From: Caulobacteraceae bacterium
GTDB taxonomy: Bacteria; Pseudomonadota; Alphaproteobacteria; Caulobacterales; Caulobacteraceae
Assembly (NCBI GenBank): GCA_025352085.1
Contig: JANXUA010000129.1
Coordinates: 1,507-65,506 of the forward strand
Length of the DNA stretch: 64,000 bases
Direction: 5' to 3'
In this document: positions 40,366 through 50,220 of the stretch, piece by piece
How positions within the stretch are numbered: position 1 is the stretch's first letter
Layout of the letters: each line of letters begins with the position of its first letter
Notes under the pieces: model-generated
What the model was told of the DNA's origin: nothing
Database searches by the model: none
The model's input: only the letters and a program-made list of their open reading frames with translations
Program-made: the position numbers and the translations under genes

Positions 40366-40368
40366 AAG

Positions 40369-41022
40369 CTAGTGGGCGGGGGGCCTGCGGCTCAGGCCGG
40401 ACACGCCGATCCGGCTGAGCAGGGCGCGCACGAACGCCTCTTCGCCGCCGAGGTCGGCCTTGAGCCCGTCGAATTCCTTAAACGCGGCCATTTCGGCCAC
40501 GCCGTGGGCGGCGCACCACAGAGCGATCTGGGCCAATTGCATGTCGCGGTCGTCGGTGGGATCGACCCGTCCGGCTTTGGTGATTGCCTCGGCCACGTGG
40601 GTCCAGGCGCTATCCTCGGTCTTGGCGTCCATGGGCATGTTCTCGCGATCGCAGGCCATATCGTACATGATGCGGTAGAGGGCCGGATTGGCGCGCGCGA
40701 ACTGCACATAGGCGACGCCGATTTCGGTCAAGGTCTCATGCGGGCAATAGGTTCTCGCCCGCGCTTCGCTGATCATTTCGCCCAGAGCGTGCCAGCCCTC
40801 TTTGGCCACGGCGTCGAGAAGTTCGCCCTTGTCCTTGAAGTGGTGGTAAGGCGCGGCCGGGCTGACGCCAGCTTCCCGGGCCACGGCGCGCAGGGACAGC
40901 GCGGCCGGCCCGTGGGCCTCAAGAATACGACGGCCGGCCAGCACGAGGGCGTGCGACAGGTTGCCGTGGTGATAGGGACGCCGCGCTTCGGCGGCGGCAA
41001 GGGCGTTCCCAGTTTCTCTCAT
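40369..41022 (-). CDS. TetR/AcrR family regulator (YHHG-L subtype); start may be 41034
   Basis: PYHHGNL, LSLRAVAREAGVSPAAPYHHF.DK..LL. Confidence 0.93.
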   Translation of the reverse strand: MRETGNALAAAEARRPYHHGNLSHALVLAGRRILEAHGPAALSLRAVAREAGVSPAAPYHHFKDKGELLDAVAKEGWHALGEMISEARARTYCPHETLTEIGVAYVQFARANPALYRIMYDMACDRENMPMDAKTEDSAWTHVAEAITKAGRVDPTDDRDMQLAQIALWCAAHGVAEMAAFKEFDGLKADLGGEEAFVRALLSRIGVSGLSRRPPAH

Positions 41023-41042
41023 GACGGTCACCATAAAACTAT

Positions 41043-41107
41043 ATCCAAACATTGTAAAGATAAACTTGACAACGTTCAGATAGGTGCTATCTAAGCACTG
41101 TCCAGAT
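41043..41107. promoter_or_regulatory. Three 19-bp imperfect palindromes (putative TetR operators) overlapping a TTGACA promoter
   Basis: ATCCAAACATTGTAAAGAT 41043-61, AACTTGACAACGTTCAGAT 41063-81, ATCTAAGCACTGTCCAGAT 41089-107. Confidence 0.7.
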
Positions 41108-41153
41108 CGGACAGTCTCCTTGCCGGGAGATTAATCCAAAAGGAAACTTTGTC

Positions 41154-41267
41154 ATGTCCCTCCTGCAAATTTCAAACTTCGAACGCCTTTTCGACCGGTC
41201 CATCACCGCGTTCATCCTGGTTCTCGGTGTCGCCCTGGCCGGCGCAACCTCCTTCGCCGGCTTGTAA
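41154..41267 (+). CDS. 37-aa small membrane protein; absent from ORF track
   Basis: RBS AAAGGAAA; MSLLQISNFERLFDRSITAFILVLGVALAGATSFAGL. Confidence 0.65.
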   Translation: MSLLQISNFERLFDRSITAFILVLGVALAGATSFAGL

Positions 41268-41516
41268 AATGCCCGTTTCGGCGGAGGGCGTGCAGGGCGG
41301 CGCGACTGTGGCGCCGCTCCAACACCCGCCCGCAACCGCCGTAACAAATCGCAATCGGCGCTTGTCTGTCACCAAGATGTCGCCGAAAGTCCTCTAGGCT
41401 TGATCGGGTACGGCGGATCGGTCGATTCGCCGCCCGGCGCCAGAAGGAGGCCCAGGTCTTCAGGATACGTAACCGGACCCTACCGTCGACATTGAAAATC
41501 ACCTGCGGAGGCGGTC

Positions 41517-42077
41517 ATGCAGGTGCTTAGCCGACCGCCGTCCGGCGCGCCCGCCCTGGTGCTGAACGCCGACTACCGCCCCCTTTCCTACTATCCCCTG
41601 TCCCTGTGGTCCTGGCAGGAGACGATCAAAGCGGTCTTCCTGGACCGGGTCGACGTCGTCTCAACCTACGACGCCCTGATCCATTCCCCAAGTTTCGAGA
41701 TGCGCCTGCCCAGCGTCGTGTCGCTGAAGCACTATGTGGCGCAGGATCGGCCGCCCGCCTTCACCCGCTTCAACCTGTTCCTGCGCGACACCTTCGCCTG
41801 CCAGTATTGCGGACGCACCGAGGACCTGACCTTCGATCACGTCACGCCGCGCTCGCGGGGCGGGCGCACGACGTGGGAAAACATCGTCACCGCCTGCGCG
41901 CGCTGCAATCTCGCCAAGGGCGGCCGCACGCCGCGCGAGGCGGGCATGCAACCGCGACGGGCGCCGCGTCGGCCGACCGTCTATGAACTTCAAGACCACG
42001 GCCGCCGCTTCCCGCCGCGCCATCTGCACAAAAGCTGGCTCGATTACCTCTACTGGGACATCGAACTGGAGGCGTAA
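41517..42077 (+). CDS. HNH endonuclease
   Basis: RDTFACQYCG, TFDHVTPRSRGG.TTWENIVTAC..CN. Confidence 0.93.
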   Translation: MQVLSRPPSGAPALVLNADYRPLSYYPLSLWSWQETIKAVFLDRVDVVSTYDALIHSPSFEMRLPSVVSLKHYVAQDRPPAFTRFNLFLRDTFACQYCGRTEDLTFDHVTPRSRGGRTTWENIVTACARCNLAKGGRTPREAGMQPRRAPRRPTVYELQDHGRRFPPRHLHKSWLDYLYWDIELEA

Positions 42078-42093
42078 GGCCGCTTCGCGCCGC

Positions 42094-42213
42094 CTAGAGC
42101 CCGACGCGTTCAGGCGGAACAGATCTGAACGCTCAAATCAGGCTCTGCACTTTTGCATTTCGAGCAGCATTTAAGATTTTGGACGGTTCCCGTCTAAAGT
42201 CACCCTGCTCTAG
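42094..42213. repeat. Two-hairpin CIR/RIME-like element (family C, copy 2)
   Basis: Termini CTAGAGC..GCTCTAG; stems AGAGCC/GGCTCT, GCGTTCAG/CTGAACGC, GAGCAG/CTGCTC; linker resembles copy 1. Confidence 0.75.
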
Positions 42214-42659
42214 AACGGCACGTCGGTCTTGACCGGCGGGGCTTCGTCGGTGCTCGGCTTGACCGACGTCGGGGGCTTTTCGGTTTTGGAGGTGAGAATC
42301 TGGTCGATATCGGCCGGCGCCTTTGACGGCTTGGACTGCACCGCCTGGGCGGCGGCGGTCTGGGCGTCAATGTTGTCGGCCGCGGCGTCCGTAGCGTTGC
42401 TCGCGGCGGCGTCCGCATCGGTGTTGGCCGCGGTCACCGGCGGCGGCAGTTCGACGATGGGCCTGGCGATCGGGGCGCCGTCCGCCGACGCCGCCTGGCC
42501 CGAGCCCTCCAGACCCGGCGCTGAGGACCGGCGCAAGGAGGCGTTGAATCCCAAGCCGATCCCGACAAGGGCCATGGCGGCGATCACCGCGCCGGCCCCA
42601 TAGGCCAGGGTGCGCGGCGGCAGGGAGATGGGGCCGTCCGGCGTCCAGGCTTGGGTCAT
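42210..42659 (-). CDS. Hypothetical single-TM protein with Ala/Pro/Asp-rich tail
   Basis: TM LAYGAGAVIAAMALVGIGLGF followed by low-complexity sequence. Confidence 0.65.
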   Translation of the reverse strand: MTQAWTPDGPISLPPRTLAYGAGAVIAAMALVGIGLGFNASLRRSSAPGLEGSGQAASADGAPIARPIVELPPPVTAANTDADAAASNATDAAADNIDAQTAAAQAVQSKPSKAPADIDQILTSKTEKPPTSVKPSTDEAPPVKTDVPF

Positions 42660-42772
42660 GCGTGTCTCCGCCACTTTGGCTCGATGACGCACAGTCTAAC
42701 GCCGGCAGGGGTGGGGGTATAGTCTCATCACGGGTCTTGGCGCGCGTGATAAAGGCCGCCATGGTTTGCGGC

Positions 42773-43432
42773 ATGACCCAGACGCGTTCTCCCAAGGATC
42801 GCCGGCGCATAACGGCGATCTTTGACCGGTTCGCGCAGGCCGTCGGCGATCCCCGCACCGAGCTGACCCACAAATCCCCCTACACCCTGCTGACCGCCGT
42901 CGTTTTGTCGGCCCAGGCGACCGATGTGTCGGTGAACAAGGCGACGGCGAGACTTTACCAGGTTGCCGACACCCCCGCGGCCGTGCTGGCGCTGGGGGAG
43001 GCCGGCCTGACGCCGTACATCGCCTCGATCGGCCTTTTTCGCACCAAGGCCAGGAATGTCATCGCCCTCTCGCGCATCCTGATCGAACACTACGGCGGCG
43101 AGGTCCCGCTGAAGCGCGAGGCCTTGCAGGCCTTGCCGGGCGTCGGGCGCAAGACCGCCAGCGTCGTGCTCAACGAGCTGGGCGTCGAGCCGGCTATCGC
43201 CGTCGACACCCACGTCTTCCGCGTCGCCCACCGCCTGAAACTCGCCGACGCCAGGACGCCGGACAAGGTCGAGGCGCAGCTGATGGCCGTGATCCCCAAG
43301 GCGCGCCTCACCCGCGCCCACCATTGGCTGATCCTGCACGGCCGCTATGTCTGCATGGCCCGCAAACCGCGCTGCGACGCCTGCCTGATCGCCGATCTCT
43401 GCCCGTCGCGGGAATTGTTCATGGGTGGGTGA
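42773..43432 (+). CDS. nth: Endonuclease III
   Basis: LSAQATD, HhH LPGVGRKTA, VDTHV, C-x6-C-x2-C-x5-C. Confidence 0.97.
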   Translation: MTQTRSPKDRRRITAIFDRFAQAVGDPRTELTHKSPYTLLTAVVLSAQATDVSVNKATARLYQVADTPAAVLALGEAGLTPYIASIGLFRTKARNVIALSRILIEHYGGEVPLKREALQALPGVGRKTASVVLNELGVEPAIAVDTHVFRVAHRLKLADARTPDKVEAQLMAVIPKARLTRAHHWLILHGRYVCMARKPRCDACLIADLCPSRELFMGG

Positions 43433-43511
43433 GAGCGAGGATCATCCCACCCTCGCCTTATTCTCGTTCTTCGTGTACCGGGGCCGCCGTCAACGCGCCT
43501 TCGGAGAGTCC

Positions 43512-44501
43512 ATGACCGCCCTTTACGACGTCGCCGCCATCGGCAACGCCATCGTCGATGTCATCGCCCCGACCGACGATGACTTCCTGGCGCGTGAGCA
43601 TCTCAACAAGGGGTCGATGATCCTGATCGATCAGGCGCGCGCCGAAGCGCTCTACAGCGCCATGGCGGCGGGGGTGGAGATGTCCGGCGGTTCGGCGGGC
43701 AACACCATCGCCGGCCTGGCCAGTTTCGGCGGCAAGGGCGCCTTCATCGGCAAGGTCGCCGCCGACGCTTTGGGCGAGATCTACACCCATGACATGCGCG
43801 CCCAGGGCGCCCATTTCCCCGCCCCGCCGCTGACGGGCGGCGCGGCCACGGGTCGCTGCCTGATCAATGTCACCCCCGACGGCGAGCGCACCATGGCGAC
43901 CTTTCTGGGCGCGGCCGGCGAGCTCGGTCCCGATGATGTGGACGACGCGGTGATCGAGGCGTCGAAAACCATCTATCTGGAAGGCTATCTGTTTGATCCG
44001 CCGGACGCGCGGCGCGCCTTCGCCAAGGCCGCCGGCCTGGCCCACGGCGCCGGACGCCTGATCGCCCTGACCCTGTCGGACGCCTTTGTGGTCGACCGCC
44101 ATCGCGGCGCCCTGCTCGGCTTCGTCGAGGATCAGGTGGACATCCTGTTCGCCAATGAGGGCGAGATCTGCTCCCTCTTTCAAACCGATGACTTCGCCGT
44201 CGCCGCCGAGGCCCTGCGCGGCAAGGTGAACATCGCGGCCCTGACGCGCAGCGCCCAAGGCTCGGTGGTGTTGAGCGCCGACGGCGACCACATCGTCGCC
44301 GCCGAGCCGGCGGGCAAGGCGGTCGACACCACCGGTGCCGGCGATCAATACGCGGCCGGATTCCTGTTCGGTCTGGCGCGCGGCCGCTCGCTCGAGGTCT
44401 GCGCGCGCCTGGGGGGCCTGGCCGCCGCCGAGGTCATCGGCCACTATGGTCCGCGTCCCGAGGTCTCTTTGCGAGACTTGGCCGTCTCGCGCGGGTTATA
44501 G
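43512..44501 (+). CDS. PfkB-family (adenosine) kinase
   Basis: GNAIVD, GGSAGNT, FANEGE, DTTGAGD. Confidence 0.9.
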   Translation: MTALYDVAAIGNAIVDVIAPTDDDFLAREHLNKGSMILIDQARAEALYSAMAAGVEMSGGSAGNTIAGLASFGGKGAFIGKVAADALGEIYTHDMRAQGAHFPAPPLTGGAATGRCLINVTPDGERTMATFLGAAGELGPDDVDDAVIEASKTIYLEGYLFDPPDARRAFAKAAGLAHGAGRLIALTLSDAFVVDRHRGALLGFVEDQVDILFANEGEICSLFQTDDFAVAAEALRGKVNIAALTRSAQGSVVLSADGDHIVAAEPAGKAVDTTGAGDQYAAGFLFGLARGRSLEVCARLGGLAAAEVIGHYGPRPEVSLRDLAVSRGL

Positions 44502-44510
44502 GGGACCATC

Positions 44511-45101
44511 ATGTCCAGAACCGCAGACGTCCGCCGCGACACCAAGGAAACCCAGATCCGCGTCCAGCTGGATCTGGACGGGACCGGCCGCTCGACCGTA
44601 TCCACCGGCGTCGGCTTTTTCGACCACATGCTCGAAAGCTTCGCCCGCCACGGCGGCTTCGATCTTCAGATCGAAACCAAGGGCGATCTGCACATCGACA
44701 TGCACCACACGGTGGAAGACACCGGCATTGTTCTGGGCCAGGCGTTCGCCGAGGCCCTGGACGGGCTCAAGGGCATCCGCCGGTTCGGTCACGCCTATAT
44801 TCCGATGGACGAAACCCTGACCCGCTGCGCGATCGACCTCTCCAATCGCCCCTATCTTATTTGGCGCGTAAACTTCGTGCGCCCGAAGGTCGGCGACATG
44901 GACACCGAGCTGTTCAAGGAGTTCCACCACGCCTTCGCCATGAACGCCGGCGCCTGCCTGCACCTCGAAACCCTGTACGGCGAAAACTCGCACCACATCG
45001 CCGAGAGCGGCTTCAAGGCCCTGGCGCGGGCCTTGCGCGACGCGGTCGAGATCGATCCCAAGACGTTGGGCCAGGCGCCGTCCACCAAGGGCGTGCTTTA
45101 G
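44511..45101 (+). CDS. hisB: Imidazoleglycerol-phosphate dehydratase
   Basis: TKET, GFFDHML, HHTVED, NSHHIAE..FKA. Confidence 0.97.
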   Translation: MSRTADVRRDTKETQIRVQLDLDGTGRSTVSTGVGFFDHMLESFARHGGFDLQIETKGDLHIDMHHTVEDTGIVLGQAFAEALDGLKGIRRFGHAYIPMDETLTRCAIDLSNRPYLIWRVNFVRPKVGDMDTELFKEFHHAFAMNAGACLHLETLYGENSHHIAESGFKALARALRDAVEIDPKTLGQAPSTKGVL

Positions 45102-45115
45102 GGGGCCGGCGCGAT

Positions 45116-45760
45116 ATGCGGAGCGTGGCTCTGATCGACTACGGCTCGGGCAATCTGCGGTCAGCTGAAAAAGCCCTGCGCCGCGCGGCCCAAGGCCTGA
45201 ACGGCGGCGTCGAGGTGGTCACCACCGATGACCCGGACGTCATCGCCAGGGCCGACGGCGTGGTGCTGCCGGGCGTGGGCGCCTTCGCGGCCTGCAAGGC
45301 CGCTCTCGACGCCCGGCCCGGCGTGATCGAGGCGATGACTGAGGCGGTGCAAACGCGCGGCGCGCCGTTTCTGGGCGTCTGCGTCGGCATGCAGCTGATG
45401 GCCCAGCGCGGCCTGGAGTTCGGCGCCACCGAGGGCCTGGGCTGGATCGCCGGCGAGGTGCGCAAGCTCGATCCCGCCGACGCGCGCTTGAAAATCCCGC
45501 ACATGGGCTGGAACAGCCTGGCGACGATCTCGCCGTCGCCCCTGTTCGCGGGCCTGGGCGAGGGAACGCATATGTATTTCACCCATTCCTTCGCCTTGTT
45601 CGCCAAAAACGACGCCGACGTCGCCGCCTGGACCGACCATGGCGGACCCATCGCCGCGGCGGTCGTGCGCGGCCATTTGGCCGGCGTGCAGTTTCATCCG
45701 GAAAAATCCCAGGCCGCCGGCGCGCGCCTGCTCAGCAACTTTTTGAATTGGCGCCCATGA
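45116..45760 (+). CDS. hisH: Imidazole glycerol phosphate synthase glutaminase subunit
   Basis: DYGSGNL, PGVGAF, GVCVGMQ, PHMGWN, QFHPEKS. Confidence 0.97.
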   Translation: MRSVALIDYGSGNLRSAEKALRRAAQGLNGGVEVVTTDDPDVIARADGVVLPGVGAFAACKAALDARPGVIEAMTEAVQTRGAPFLGVCVGMQLMAQRGLEFGATEGLGWIAGEVRKLDPADARLKIPHMGWNSLATISPSPLFAGLGEGTHMYFTHSFALFAKNDADVAAWTDHGGPIAAAVVRGHLAGVQFHPEKSQAAGARLLSNFLNWRP

Positions 45761-46479
45761 TCCTCTATCCCGCCATCGACCTGAAGGATGGTCTGTGCGT
45801 TCGCGTCCTGCGCGGCGACCTTGCCAAGGTGACGGTGTTCAACACCGACCCCGGGGCCCAGGCGCGCGCCTGGGCGGAGGCCGGGTTTTCCTGGCTGCAT
45901 GTCGTCGATCTGAGCGGGTCGGTGGCCGGCCGCTCGGTCAACACCGACGCCGTCCAGACCATCCTCAAGTCGGTGTCCATTCCGGTGCAGCTGGGCGGCG
46001 GCATCCGCACCCTGGCCAATGTCGAGGCGTGGATCGAAGCGGGCGTCAGCCGGGTGATCCTTGGCACCGCCGCCGTGCGCGACCCGGCCCTCGTCAAGAC
46101 CGCCGCGCGCCGCTGGCCCGAACAGATCGCCGTCAGCGTCGACGTGCGGGCCGGCCAGGTCGCCGTGCAGGGCTGGACCGAGGATTCCGGTCTCGACGCC
46201 GTCACCGTCGCCAAACGCTTTGAGGACGCGGGCGTCAGCGCTCTGATCATCACCGACATCGATCGCGATGGCGCCCTTCTCGGCTTCAATATCGAGGCCT
46301 TCGGCGCCATCGCCGATGTGGTGGATATCCCGGTCATCGCCGCCGGCGGCCTGGCCAGCGTCGACGATGTCATCAAGCTGATGGCCCGCACCGGCACGCC
46401 GATCGCCGGCGCGGTTCTGGGCCGGGCGCTCTACACCGGCGGCATCACGCCGGCGGAGGCCCTTGCGGCGGCCGCCTGA
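45757..46479 (+). CDS. hisA: ProFAR isomerase
   Basis: [29 protein letters not shown]. Confidence 0.97.
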   Translation: MILYPAIDLKDGLCVRVLRGDLAKVTVFNTDPGAQARAWAEAGFSWLHVVDLSGSVAGRSVNTDAVQTILKSVSIPVQLGGGIRTLANVEAWIEAGVSRVILGTAAVRDPALVKTAARRWPEQIAVSVDVRAGQVAVQGWTEDSGLDAVTVAKRFEDAGVSALIITDIDRDGALLGFNIEAFGAIADVVDIPVIAAGGLASVDDVIKLMARTGTPIAGAVLGRALYTGGITPAEALAAAA

Positions 46480-47267
46480 TGCTCAAGGTGCGCGTCATTC
46501 CCTGCCTGGACGTCAAGGACGGCCGCGTGGTCAAGGGCGTCAACTTTCTTGAGCTGCGCGACGCCGGCGACCCGGTGGAGCAGGCGCGCGCCTATGATCT
46601 GGCCGGCGCCGACGAGCTGATGTTTCTGGACATCACCGCCAGCCACGAGGGCCGCGCCGCCATCCTCGATGTGGTCGCGCGCACCGCCGAGGTCTGTTTC
46701 ATGCCGGTCTCGGTCGGCGGCGGCGTGCGTACGGTGGAGGATGCGCGGCGCCTGCTGCGCGCCGGGGCCGACAAGGTCTCGATCAACACCGCGGCGGTGG
46801 AAGACCCCGAGCTGATCGCCGCCTGCGCCGACGCCTTCGGCAGCCAGGCGGTGGTCGTCGCCATCGACGCCAAGCGCCGCGCCGACGGCGCGGGCTGGGA
46901 GGTGTTCACCTACGGCGGGCGCCGCGCCACCGGGCTGGACGCCGTCGACTACGCCCGCGCCGCCGTGGCGCGCGGCGCCGGAGAGATCCTGCTCACCTCG
47001 ATGGACCGCGACGGCGCCAAGACGGGCTATGATCTGGATCTCGTGGCCGCCGTCAGCGGCGCGGTGCGCGTGCCGGTGATCGCCAGCGGCGGCGCCGGAT
47101 CGACGGCGCACATGGTCGATGCGGTCAAGCGCGGCGGCGCGGCGGCGGTGCTGGCCGCCTCCATCTTCCACTTCGGCGAGATCAGCATCGGTGAGACGAA
47201 GCAGGCCATGGCCGCGGCGGGCATTCCCGTTCGGCCCATAGAGGTTGAAGTCTATGACGCGGTTTAA
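46479..47267 (+). CDS. hisF: Imidazole glycerol phosphate synthase cyclase subunit
   Basis: [40 protein letters not shown]. Confidence 0.97.
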   Translation: MLKVRVIPCLDVKDGRVVKGVNFLELRDAGDPVEQARAYDLAGADELMFLDITASHEGRAAILDVVARTAEVCFMPVSVGGGVRTVEDARRLLRAGADKVSINTAAVEDPELIAACADAFGSQAVVVAIDAKRRADGAGWEVFTYGGRRATGLDAVDYARAAVARGAGEILLTSMDRDGAKTGYDLDLVAAVSGAVRVPVIASGGAGSTAHMVDAVKRGGAAAVLAASIFHFGEISIGETKQAMAAAGIPVRPIEVEVYDAV

Positions 47268-47577
47268 CGATACGCTCGAACGCCTGGCCGCCACGATCGA
47301 AGTGCGTCGCGGCGCCGATCCGGCCACGTCGTGGTCCGCCAAACTCCTGGCCGACCGACCGCTCGCGGCCAAGAAACTCGCCGAGGAAGCGGTCGAACTG
47401 GCCCTCGCCGCCGTCCTGAATGACAAGGCCGCGATCATCGCCGAGAGCGCCGACGTCCTCTACCACTGGTTGGCCGTGATCGCCGGCGCCGGCGTCACCC
47501 TGGACGACGTCGCCGCCGCGCTCGAGGCGCGCGAGGGCGTTTCGGGTGTGGCGGAAAAATCGTCGAGAACAAGCTGA
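47254..47577 (+). CDS. hisE: Phosphoribosyl-ATP pyrophosphatase
   Basis: [17 protein letters not shown]. Confidence 0.93.
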   Translation: MTRFNDTLERLAATIEVRRGADPATSWSAKLLADRPLAAKKLAEEAVELALAAVLNDKAAIIAESADVLYHWLAVIAGAGVTLDDVAAALEAREGVSGVAEKSSRTS

Positions 47578-47597
47578 GGTAGACCAAGCGGCAAGCT

Positions 47598-48287
47598 TCA
47601 GTGCCGCTTGACCGTGACCACCGTCACCGCGCGCAAGCCGCAGCCGCGTGCGGCCAGGCCGCTGGGCAGGCGCGTCGCCGCGTCGCCGCAGGCGACCAGC
47701 ACCTGATCGCGGGTGAGGTTCTTGGCCGCCGCCAGATCGGCACCGGCGACCACCGTGCCGCGCAAGGTCGCGCCCTTGAAATCGGCGCCGGTGAACCGGC
47801 TGCCGGAGAGATCGGCGCCGGTCAGGTCGGCGTTGCGGAAGGTGGCGCGATCGAACAGGCCGTGGTTCAGATCGGCGCCCAACAGTTCGGCGCGATCGAA
47901 ATTCGCCCCGCGCGCGTTGACGCCGCCGAAGTCGGCGCCCTGCGCCTCGGCTCCGCTGAGGGCCGCGTTTTCCATCGTCGCGCCGCCAAAATCGCCGCCC
48001 ATCATCTGCGCGCCGCGCAAGTCCGCGCGGGTGAAGTCGGCGCGGGAGAAGTCCGAACCCATGAACGAGGCGCCGCGCAGATCGGACGCCACCATCGAGG
48101 CGTTCTGGAACTCGGCGCCCATGAAGCGCGCGCCGGTCAGCTTGCGTCGCGACAGATCGCAACCGGCGCAGGTCCCGCCGAACGAGACCACCCGCGGCAC
48201 CACCCACGATCCATCCATCGCCCACGCGCACGGCGCCAGACCCAAAAGGCCGGCGACGATCAGCGTCAGGGATAGGCGAGATGACAC
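47598..48287 (-). CDS. Exported pentapeptide-repeat protein
   Basis: GTG start with TGAGGA RBS; signal peptide; C-x2-CDL then A-D/N-F/L-x-x repeats. Confidence 0.88.
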   Translation of the reverse strand: MSSRLSLTLIVAGLLGLAPCAWAMDGSWVVPRVVSFGGTCAGCDLSRRKLTGARFMGAEFQNASMVASDLRGASFMGSDFSRADFTRADLRGAQMMGGDFGGATMENAALSGAEAQGADFGGVNARGANFDRAELLGADLNHGLFDRATFRNADLTGADLSGSRFTGADFKGATLRGTVVAGADLAAAKNLTRDQVLVACGDAATRLPSGLAARGCGLRAVTVVTVKRH

Positions 48288-48377
48288 GGCGGGTTCCTCA
48301 TCGATTGATGTTATCCCCAAGATGGTGCGTCATGCCCCGGACGCCAGTTAAATCTTGGCAATGAGGGTTGTGCGGGC

Positions 48378-48674
48378 TCACGCCACCAACGCCTCCACTC
48401 GCCTCGGCAACCTCTCAATCGCTTCGCCGGCCTCCCGCTCCGCCACTCGCAGATCATAGGCCGACTGCAGATTGATCCAGAATTGTGGGGTCGTGCCGAA
48501 CCAGTGGCCCAGGCGCAGGGCGGTGTCGCCGGTGATGGAGCGACGGCCACGGATGATTTCGGAGATGCGGTTCGCGGGCACCTTGACGTGCCGCGCCAGG
48601 GCGGCCGACGTCACGCCGAGCGCTTCGAGTTCATCGGCGAGGATTTCGCCGGGATGGATCGGGGGTCTGGACAT
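48378..48674 (-). CDS. higA: HigA antitoxin (HTH)
   Basis: HPGEIL, NRISEIIRGRR.IT.DTALRL..WF.T...FWINLQ..YDL. Confidence 0.95.
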   Translation of the reverse strand: MSRPPIHPGEILADELEALGVTSAALARHVKVPANRISEIIRGRRSITGDTALRLGHWFGTTPQFWINLQSAYDLRVAEREAGEAIERLPRRVEALVA

Positions 48675-48687
48675 CGGCAGGGCTCCT

Positions 48688-48972
48688 CTAGTGATAGTCT
48701 ACGATTTCAACGTCCGACGGTCCGGCCTCGCCGTGCGCCCACTGGAAACAAATCCGCCACTGCAGGTTGATGCGAATGCTGTAGAGACCCTGCCGGTCGC
48801 CACGCAGGGCCTCAAGGCCATTGCTGGGCAGGGCGCGCAAATCCTCCAAGCCGGTGGCGGCGTTGAGAATTTCCAAGCGCTTCCAACCCTGACGCTCAAA
48901 GCCCGAAAATTCGCGCACCCGTTCGCCGTTGGCGAAGGCTTCCATGCATCTGGTCTTGAAGCTCAGAATCAT
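48688..48972 (-). CDS. higB: HigB (RelE-like) toxin
   Basis: LRALPSN.LEAL.GDR.G.YSIRINLQWRICF.W; upstream of higA. Confidence 0.95.
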   Translation of the reverse strand: MILSFKTRCMEAFANGERVREFSGFERQGWKRLEILNAATGLEDLRALPSNGLEALRGDRQGLYSIRINLQWRICFQWAHGEAGPSDVEIVDYH

Positions 48973-49030
48973 CAGTACGCTTAACGTATTTTACGTAATA
49001 CGTCAACCATATTTATGCGCCCCGCCACCC

Positions 49031-49615
49031 TTACATAAACTGCGAGGCCTTGAACACCGACAGCAGGCGGATGCCGAGTTTGGCGAGGGTCTCGGCGGCG
49101 CCTTCCTGGCGGTCGACCAGGACGAGGGCGGCGTCGACGTGGGCGCCGGCGACGCGGGCGGCGTCGATGGTCTTGATCAGGGAGCCGCCGCTGGTCGCCA
49201 CATCGTCGAGGACCAGAACGCGCTTGCCCGCCAGCGACTCGTCGGGGCCCAGGCCCTCGATCGCCAACTGGGCGCCGTATTCCTTGGGGGATTTGCGCTG
49301 AAAGAAGGTGCGGACCGGTCGCCCTTCGTTGTGGCTGACCGCCGCCAGGGCGCCGATGATCGGCACGGCGCCCATTTCCAGCCCGCCGACATAGTCGACG
49401 TTTTCCGGCAGGATGCGGTCGATGAAGGCGCGCGCGGCCAGATAGGCGCCCTGAGGGTCCATCATGGTCGGCTTGAGGTTGAAATAGAGATCGCTCTCGA
49501 CCCCGGAGGCCAGTTTGAACCGGCCCCGGCGAAACGACCGCGCGCGAATCAGCGCCAGCAAGGCCGCCTCGTCCCGGGCCGCCGATGGCGAGGAAGAGGA
49601 GTCGATCGCGCTCAT
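49031..49615 (-). CDS. pyrE: Orotate phosphoribosyltransferase
   Basis: FKLASG..S..Y, GGLEMGA, RK..KEYG, VLDDVATSGGS. Confidence 0.95.
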   Translation of the reverse strand: MSAIDSSSSPSAARDEAALLALIRARSFRRGRFKLASGVESDLYFNLKPTMMDPQGAYLAARAFIDRILPENVDYVGGLEMGAVPIIGALAAVSHNEGRPVRTFFQRKSPKEYGAQLAIEGLGPDESLAGKRVLVLDDVATSGGSLIKTIDAARVAGAHVDAALVLVDRQEGAAETLAKLGIRLLSVFKASQFM

Positions 49616-49783
49616 GGATTGGCCTCTCACGTCATGGACCCGCCCATTCGGTGGACGATATTTGCGGCCAGGGATGAATTGACGCGGCCCGGACGTCAAG
49701 CGCCGCATTGCCCGCGCCAAATCATTTGCTATAAGCGCGGCTTCGTAGAGCCGGAAACGGCGGGGCAGGGCTATGAGGCGTTG

Positions 49784-50212
49784 ATGCAAGCGTCAGTGAT
49801 AGAGTTGAACGGCGTAGAGTACAGTCCTTCGGAGGATGAACCGTTCATGAATGAGCGGCATCTTGAATACTTCCGAAGAAAACTTCAGCTCTGGAAAGAT
49901 GACATCCTGCGCGAAACGCGGGGAACCGTCGACCATCTGCAAAAAGATACCGAAAATCACCCCGATTTCGCCGACCGGGCGTCGTCGGAAACCGATCGAT
50001 CCCTGGAATTGCGCACGCGCGATCGTCAACGCAAGCTGATCGCCAAGATTGATTCGGCCCTGCGCCGAATCGACGAGCGCGTTTACGGCTATTGCGAAGA
50101 GACCGGCGAGCCGATCAGTCTGGCCCGTCTGCAGGCCAGACCGATCGCCACCCTTGGCCTCGAAGCCCAGGAACGCCACGAACGCAACGAGCGGGTGCAT
50201 CGGGACGATTGA
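49784..50212 (+). CDS. dksA: RNA polymerase-binding factor DksA
   Basis: YSPSEDEPFMN, DFADRASSE, RDRQRKL, YGYCEETGEPI; alphaproteobacterial type lacking the full Cys4. Confidence 0.95.
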   Translation: MQASVIELNGVEYSPSEDEPFMNERHLEYFRRKLQLWKDDILRETRGTVDHLQKDTENHPDFADRASSETDRSLELRTRDRQRKLIAKIDSALRRIDERVYGYCEETGEPISLARLQARPIATLGLEAQERHERNERVHRDD

Positions 50213-50220
50213 GGGAAAAA

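Noticed and set aside
41366-41383. Pho-box-like CTGTCAC-N4-ATGTCGC upstream of HNH
   Set aside because: Second half-site is degenerate and there is no functional rationale; could be chance.
41268-42077. RNA-guided HNH system (HEARO/IscB-like) or CRISPR
   Set aside because: The 186-aa HNH has no RuvC or bridge helix; no repeat-spacer array anywhere in the window.
47700-48150. 15-bp periodic DNA repeats
   Set aside because: Explained by pentapeptide-repeat coding.
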